Part shown: piece by piece, positions 17,434 to 22,827 of the stretch | Numbering within the stretch: the stretch's first letter is position 1 | How the letters are laid out: every line of letters begins with the position of its first letter | Assembly (NCBI GenBank): GCA_048882385.1 | Contig: JBHLRQ010000024.1 | Span: forward strand, 14,075-36,901 | Direction of reading: 5' to 3' | From: Candidatus Thorarchaeota archaeon | GTDB taxonomy: Archaea; Asgardarchaeota; Thorarchaeia; Thorarchaeales; Thorarchaeaceae | Length of the DNA: 22,827 nucleotides | Made by a program: the position numbers and the translations under genes | The notes under the pieces: model-generated | The model's database searches: none | What the model was told of the DNA's origin: nothing | Seen by the model: the letters and a program-made list of their open reading frames with translations, nothing else

Positions 17434-19230
17434 TTGGGTAGAATCAAGGTTCTCAGTGAAGAGATTGTTTCACTGATATCAGCAGGAGAGGTAATCGAGA
17501 ACCCATCTTCAATAGTCAAAGAACTAATTGAGAACTCACTTGATGCAAGAACAGATATGATTGATATTTCCATTGAGGGGGGAGGAATCGACAGGATCGT
17601 AGTTTCAGACAATGGGACAGGCATTTCACGCGACGATTGTGAGATCTGTCTTCAAAGATATTCAACAAGCAAGATTTCATCGAAGGAAGATATCGATGTG
17701 ATATCCACCTATGGGTTCAGGGGAGAAGCCCTGGCAAGCATTGCTGCTATGGCTGATGTCAGAATAACAACTCAGGCAAAAGAAGAGGACGTTGGAACTC
17801 TTGTAGTTTCGAGAGTGGGTGAACCTCCAATCATTTCTGATTCATCGAGACCTATTGGAACAACGGTTGAAGTTAATGATATCTTCAAAAAGATACCAGC
17901 GAGACGAAAGCATCTATCAAGTCCAAAGGTCGAGGGGCAACGAATTCTGGAAGTAATAATGAAACATGCTGTAATCAGAACAGACGTGGGTTTCAGACTA
18001 GTAAGAGATGATAATGTTGTAATTGATTGTCCTCCAGATCAGAGCGCTATTGATAGAATAACCTACCTTTGGGGCAGTGACATCGCTAAAGGACTTGTGG
18101 AAATTTACTATTCAGAAGAGGGAGTATGGGTTCAAGGTTTTGTAGCAATGCCGCCAATATCTAGAGGGAATCGATCGCGCGAATACTTTGCTGTAGCTAG
18201 AAGACCCATTACTGACGAAAGGTTGAGTAATGCAGTTGAGTCAGCCTATTCGACATTACTCATGAAGGGGCAATACCCAGTTTGTGCCATTGATATTAGC
18301 TTGAATCTTGCAGATGTTGATGTGAATGTTCATCCAACTAAAAGAGAAGTTAGAATACTCGATATCGAAAAAGTAAGCTCTATCGTTACAAAGTCAGTTA
18401 GAGATGCTCTGGGTGTGGACAGACCTAAAGAAGAAAGCCAGACGTTGGAAGTATTTCTTGAGGAGGTCAAAGACGATAGGATTTCAGAAACGCAACCGGA
18501 TCGAGAAGTGAAGCGAGCACAATCAGGACCTTTTCCTCTGATCGAACAAACACTCCTCAAACCAATCATCGATGTTGGTGATGATGAAGACTCAGTGAGT
18601 CTTCTAGGAGGAGTATTCAGGATAGTCGGACAAATTCATCAGCTCTACATTCTCCTTGAAAATGAGGACGGTCTCTTTATCATTGACCAACATGCTGCAC
18701 ATGAAAGAGTCCTGTATGAAGAATTGAGAAAAGAGGTCAATGAACACAGAGTTGCCATCCAAGAGTTGCTTCAACCATTTGTTCTAAGTCTTAGCTCTGT
18801 TGAAACAGAAAGGATTCTTGAGCTTGAAGATATACTTGATGACATTGGATTTACGATTTCGAAATTTGGTGCGAAAGATGTTTCAATTTCCACCGTACCA
18901 GAAATCTTTGGTAAGGTGACATCAGAATCAGAACTAATCTCACTTCTTGATCGAATTGCTACAATTGGCGTTTCAGAAGCACGTGATTCATTTGTTGATG
19001 AACTTGTGAAGCTTGTGGCTTGTCATTCAGCAGTTAGAGCGGGACAAATATTGAATGTGGAAGAAATTCGAAGTTTGATTGAGGATTTCTCAAAAACACA
19101 TGGTATGTATACTTGTTGCCACGGAAGACCCTCAATGATTCAGATAAAGAAGGAAGATATTGACAAGGCTGTTGGAAGACTAGGTTTTGATGCTATTCAA
19201 AGATACAAGAGACGGCACCAAATTGAATGA
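17434..19230 (+). CDS. mutL: DNA mismatch repair endonuclease MutL
   Basis: ISAGEVIE.P..VKELIENSLDA, DNGTG, GFRGEAL and DVNVHPTK; endonuclease motifs DQHAAHERVLYE, ACH and CCHGRP. GAGGTG SD overlaps the upstream stop. Confidence 0.97.
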   Translation: MGRIKVLSEEIVSLISAGEVIENPSSIVKELIENSLDARTDMIDISIEGGGIDRIVVSDNGTGISRDDCEICLQRYSTSKISSKEDIDVISTYGFRGEALASIAAMADVRITTQAKEEDVGTLVVSRVGEPPIISDSSRPIGTTVEVNDIFKKIPARRKHLSSPKVEGQRILEVIMKHAVIRTDVGFRLVRDDNVVIDCPPDQSAIDRITYLWGSDIAKGLVEIYYSEEGVWVQGFVAMPPISRGNRSREYFAVARRPITDERLSNAVESAYSTLLMKGQYPVCAIDISLNLADVDVNVHPTKREVRILDIEKVSSIVTKSVRDALGVDRPKEESQTLEVFLEEVKDDRISETQPDREVKRAQSGPFPLIEQTLLKPIIDVGDDEDSVSLLGGVFRIVGQIHQLYILLENEDGLFIIDQHAAHERVLYEELRKEVNEHRVAIQELLQPFVLSLSSVETERILELEDILDDIGFTISKFGAKDVSISTVPEIFGKVTSESELISLLDRIATIGVSEARDSFVDELVKLVACHSAVRAGQILNVEEIRSLIEDFSKTHGMYTCCHGRPSMIQIKKEDIDKAVGRLGFDAIQRYKRRHQIE

Positions 19231-19271
19231 AAAAAGTGAAAGATGGGAAGTTTCAATATAGAAACCTCCCA
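19230..19271 (-). terminator. hairpin plus U-tract terminator between convergent mutL and surface-protein genes
   Basis: Minus strand TGGGAGGTTTC-TATATT-GAAACTTCCCA (one G-U), followed by TCTTTCACTTTTTT. Confidence 0.65.
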
Positions 19272-19278
19272 AAAATAA

Positions 19279-21549
19279 TCATTTCTTCTTTGTTGATTTC
19301 TTCTTTGGTTTGCTCTTTGGAGTCGAAGACCCACTTCGTTGACGGGAAGCAACTACGCCAATTATGATGATACCACCTACTGCTGCACCTATTATTGCTA
19401 GTGTGGTTGCGTCCAATGGGAATTGGAATCCACCACCTCCAGATGGCATCATGAAAGTTATCTCGTTCTCCCAGAGTTCAATACTATCTGCATATGTTGA
19501 GTCATCCTCATCAGTTCCAAAGTTATCGATTACAAATGCATTAAAGAGAGTCTGTCTGTCACTGCTTACGACAATGGCTGCGCTTCCATCTTGGATGTTT
19601 CCAGTCGTACCCGCTAGTGCGGTATAACCAGATCGGACTGTTACTGCATCACCATCATCAGCGAAGGGACCATTAGATGTGTAGTTATACACTCCATGGT
19701 CATTTGGTTCGGAAAAGATAGGGTGAGACGCATCCCAGACATACATTGAAGGATTCCCTGATAGTGTAGATGAAAACTCCACACCTACCTTCGACCATAA
19801 TGGATGTGTGGGATCATCATCCACAGCAAAGTATGTCATGATTAATTTTCCACCGTTATCGACGTATGCATAGAGCTCATCTAATATCGTTAGTTCCTGG
19901 AGATAATTGACTGCATTATAGATTAGGAGACTCCATTCCTTAGAGTCAAGGAAATCATCCAAATAGTCACGAGTGGTGAATAATTGATATGGAAGTCCAA
20001 GATCATTAAGGGCTAGGCATGGAGCATCTCTCCATCCTAGATAGTCTGTATGCACAAGAATCTCCGCATCGTTTGCAGTAAGCCAATTCAGGACATTGAG
20101 GGCAAAGCGTCTGTTATCTGTTAGTTGCAATTGACCATCATCGAAGATGTTCATATCTCCAACTAAAATAGCTCGACCTTGACCAAAATCTTGACTAGCT
20201 ACAACTGGATTGCCTGATTCCAACCAAATTGTATCTGCAGATCCAATGACACTCAGATAGTTGCGATACGCTATGGATAAAGAAGTACAACCCTCTAGAG
20301 TTACGTGTGTTCCTGGAGTGCTTGTAGTATAGTCCAATACGTTGGTCGTTCCAAGACTCATGTCAAAGTTCTGTAGCATTGTATTAATGTAGATGTAACC
20401 ATCTCCACCCAATCCAGTCCTATCACCGAGAACTAACAGGCTTCCTCCTCCATCGACCCACTCCTCTACTGCCAAATATTCAGCATCGGTGTAATTCACA
20501 TCAGGCCAATCGATAATGAGCACATCATAGTTTGCAAGGCGTTCTGCAGTTAGGTTTCCGGTTGAAGAGGGATATAGTTTGTCAAATGTATATGAATGGT
20601 TAACAGCAAGTGTTCGGAATTGCGTAAAAACATTAGGTTCAATAAAAGTTGTAGCGAACTCAACATCCCACGGATCAACAGATATGCGAGGCCAATGAGA
20701 TAAATCAAAAGCTATTCGACCCTTTGGTCTAGGAATGAGCCACTCAACTGAATCGCTGATTATACTCTCAAATTCAGTTGGAATTGACGAACCATCTCCA
20801 GGCAAGTGAACAATACGACCACCATAATCGGACCTGTCAACAGCGAATGCAGTGACCCAGGCTGGGAGAGTCACATTGGTCATTAATGCCACAGGGTCAG
20901 AAAATGTATTAAAGTTGTCAAGAACCAAGGTAGATGTTATCACCCAATTTTCTGCTCTCTCTGAAATTGTGTCATTAATGTGATAATCCTTCATTGTTGG
21001 ATGACGAGCAGACACATTCTGAGTATCAGACGAATGATATAGCCAATGAGATATATAACCATCATCAGTAAGAGTTGGATCAAGAATCCCAGCATACAAG
21101 AGATAACTCAAAGCGCTATTGAAACTCAAGATTCCACCTCCGCCCATCCAGAATTCCTTGACATGGTTAATTATACTCGGTCGGGGAATATTATTGATTA
21201 TAATGAAGACATCGTAGTCAGCAGTAATCAATTCATGACTGAGAATATCTGCTTCTGTGAGCGCTTCAACTGAATGTCCAGCATCCTCAAGAATTGATGT
21301 TATCTCTGCGAGGTTATTGGTCAGATTCACTGCATCTGAGAATGCAGGTGAAGTTAGATTGTCCTCGTCATATATTGCTACTCGAGCATCATGTGGCATC
21401 TGCGACAGTAATGCTTGAGATTTTGGTGTTGCATCAATATTTGCCAGAGTAGAGTTTACTCCAAAGACAAGCACTGATGGAACCATTAGTAAACTTGTAA
21501 GAAATATTGTAACAATAAGTATTGGCGCGACTCGTGTCAGGGCCTCCAC
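19279..21549 (-). CDS. secreted, C-terminally membrane-anchored surface protein with three GATase-like (DUF4350/GIFT) domains
   Basis: N-terminal hydrophobic signal, acidic ectodomain with many N-x-S/T sequons, three repeats of YDV/WSL..(F/W/Y)..GG.L..(D/N)..W/F, then GGGG linker, TM helix and Lys-rich tail. Confidence 0.8.
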   Translation of the reverse strand: MEALTRVAPILIVTIFLTSLLMVPSVLVFGVNSTLANIDATPKSQALLSQMPHDARVAIYDEDNLTSPAFSDAVNLTNNLAEITSILEDAGHSVEALTEADILSHELITADYDVFIIINNIPRPSIINHVKEFWMGGGGILSFNSALSYLLYAGILDPTLTDDGYISHWLYHSSDTQNVSARHPTMKDYHINDTISERAENWVITSTLVLDNFNTFSDPVALMTNVTLPAWVTAFAVDRSDYGGRIVHLPGDGSSIPTEFESIISDSVEWLIPRPKGRIAFDLSHWPRISVDPWDVEFATTFIEPNVFTQFRTLAVNHSYTFDKLYPSSTGNLTAERLANYDVLIIDWPDVNYTDAEYLAVEEWVDGGGSLLVLGDRTGLGGDGYIYINTMLQNFDMSLGTTNVLDYTTSTPGTHVTLEGCTSLSIAYRNYLSVIGSADTIWLESGNPVVASQDFGQGRAILVGDMNIFDDGQLQLTDNRRFALNVLNWLTANDAEILVHTDYLGWRDAPCLALNDLGLPYQLFTTRDYLDDFLDSKEWSLLIYNAVNYLQELTILDELYAYVDNGGKLIMTYFAVDDDPTHPLWSKVGVEFSSTLSGNPSMYVWDASHPIFSEPNDHGVYNYTSNGPFADDGDAVTVRSGYTALAGTTGNIQDGSAAIVVSSDRQTLFNAFVIDNFGTDEDDSTYADSIELWENEITFMMPSGGGGFQFPLDATTLAIIGAAVGGIIIIGVVASRQRSGSSTPKSKPKKKSTKKK

Positions 21550-21560
21550 CTCCCGAATTT

Positions 21561-21587
21561 GTGCATTCTCTAATTATATAAATGCAC
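21561..21587 (-). promoter_or_regulatory. TATA box flanked by a 7-bp inverted repeat (candidate operator)
   Basis: GTGCATT-N13-AATGCAC encloses TTTATATAA (minus strand), about 25-30 nt upstream of the surface-protein start. Confidence 0.5.
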
Positions 21588-21675
21588 TAGAAAAATCCTC
21601 CAAGTATTGCTATTTGACAACCTTGATTAGTATGTCATCAGGCTTGATTTCAACTTACAGCCAAAAGGGAGAACG

Positions 21676-22827
21676 ATGATTGACAATGAAGTGACATTGG
21701 ATTTTGAAGATACCAATGCATTATCGAGTATAAGGAAAATAACCTTCTTGGGTATGCTTACATTGCTAGCAATCACAGCTGCAGCAATTCTTCACGTTAA
21801 TCAACCAGAATTCATTCTTGACAGGTTTGTCGGTATTACTGAGTTTGAGTACTCACTTTTTGACACAACATTGTACTTCTCATATCTCATTATTGGGATT
21901 GTAACAGGTCTTCTATCAGATAGATGGGCTAAGAGACGCATTTTCGTTGTGATTGGAGCTACAGGATCAATCTTGTTCTATTGGTTAATGACCACAACTC
22001 TCTCATACCCGGTACTTCTTCTCTACAGATTTACTCAAGGATCATTCACCGTAATGACATGGCAGACTTTCATGACTCTCGCGATTGATTTCTCTGACAG
22101 TAGCAACAGAGGAAGGAATATGGGCATCTTTGGTGCCTTCCTTGCAATAGCTATGGGACTTGGTCCAGCAATTGGAGGATTCATTGCATCTTATGGTGTT
22201 TTTATCCCATACTACACTGCTGCAGGTCTAAATGTGGTTGTTCTCCTAATGGCTCTTATTGCGTTAAAAGATCCTACTATCCTGAAGGCAAGACCGACAC
22301 TAAAGCAGAGTGTTTTACTAGCCAAAAATAGTCCTGAACTAGTTGTTCCAGGAATCTTCAACCTATTCGATCGACTTCACATCGGATTTATCCTGACTGC
22401 GTTGCCTTATTTCCTATCAGAGATTCTTGGACTCGATGAATCACTCAGAGGCATGTCACTTGCAATCTTTGCGATGCCATTCATACTTCTTCAATACCCT
22501 ATGGGGAAACTTTCAGACAAACATGGAAGATTTCGTCAACTAGTGATTGGAAGTGTAGGCTTTGGTCTTGTCTTGTCCGTCATAGGTTTTGTTGGAATCG
22601 TAGGGTTTAGTGTTCTACTCGTAATGCTTGCCATCCTTGGTCTATTTTCTGGAATCACATCTCCACCCGCTATGGCGCTGGTAGGAGATATTGTAGGACA
22701 AGAAGAATCTGCTATGGGGATGGGTTTCTTTAACTTTCTAGGTAATCTTGGAATAACTATTGGTCCAATTATCTTTGGGATTCTCTTTCCGATTATTGGA
22801 ATGACCAATGCTTTCCTTTTTGTAGGA
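21676..22827 (+). CDS. MFS transporter; 3'-partial (not in ORF track)
   Basis: Open frame from ATG 21676 to the window end (384 codons). Motif A GLLSDRWAKRR, its repeat GKLSDKHGRFR, RGRNMG and GLGPAIGG; multiple TMs. Confidence 0.93.
   Translation, partial: MIDNEVTLDFEDTNALSSIRKITFLGMLTLLAITAAAILHVNQPEFILDRFVGITEFEYSLFDTTLYFSYLIIGIVTGLLSDRWAKRRIFVVIGATGSILFYWLMTTTLSYPVLLLYRFTQGSFTVMTWQTFMTLAIDFSDSSNRGRNMGIFGAFLAIAMGLGPAIGGFIASYGVFIPYYTAAGLNVVVLLMALIALKDPTILKARPTLKQSVLLAKNSPELVVPGIFNLFDRLHIGFILTALPYFLSEILGLDESLRGMSLAIFAMPFILLQYPMGKLSDKHGRFRQLVIGSVGFGLVLSVIGFVGIVGFSVLLVMLAILGLFSGITSPPAMALVGDIVGQEESAMGMGFFNFLGNLGITIGPIIFGILFPIIGMTNAFLFVG

Noticed and set aside
424-22808. Numerous short antisense or alternate-frame ORFs in the track (e.g. 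850-1200, 11557-12054, 17265-17624, 22536-22808)
   Set aside because: They lie on top of well-supported genes and have no motifs; they are shadow ORFs.
1-22827. CRISPR arrays, tRNA/rRNA, IS elements, integrases, defence systems
   Set aside because: No periodic repeats, cloverleafs or transposase/integrase ORFs were seen by eye, and the intergenic gaps are all under 400 nt.

Overview
Archaeal chromosomal window (TATA-like boxes, GGAGG/GGTG Shine-Dalgarno sites, many GTG/TTG starts, CxxxY-type CcmE). The gene mix (MutS1/MutL, Rpe/Tal, Ccm, a GIFT-domain surface protein) suggests an Asgard archaeon such as Thorarchaeota, but this is inference. Left part (1-8943, + strand): a redox cluster of two FAD-linked oxidoreductases (GlcD/AGPS-like fold) and two HdrD/GlcF-type Fe-S (CCG) proteins around a small 4-TM, four-His protein patterned like cytochrome b561. 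A long hairpin follows, then a System I* cytochrome c maturation operon ccmA-B-C-(D)-E, including a 46-aa CcmD-like ORF missing from the ORF track. Next come an iron-sulfur flavoprotein (-), mutS, a divergent DUF362-like protein with a probable C-terminal winged helix (-), a small hypothetical, rpe, transaldolase, a YtcJ-like amidohydrolase coupled to mutL, a membrane-anchored surface protein with three GATase-like/GIFT domains (-) and a partial MFS transporter. The best candidate for a new system is the flavin/Fe-S/cytochrome-b module beside the ccm genes. Its flavoproteins lack the usual 2-hydroxyacid dehydrogenase catalytic motifs. No rRNA, tRNA, CRISPR array or mobile element was seen.
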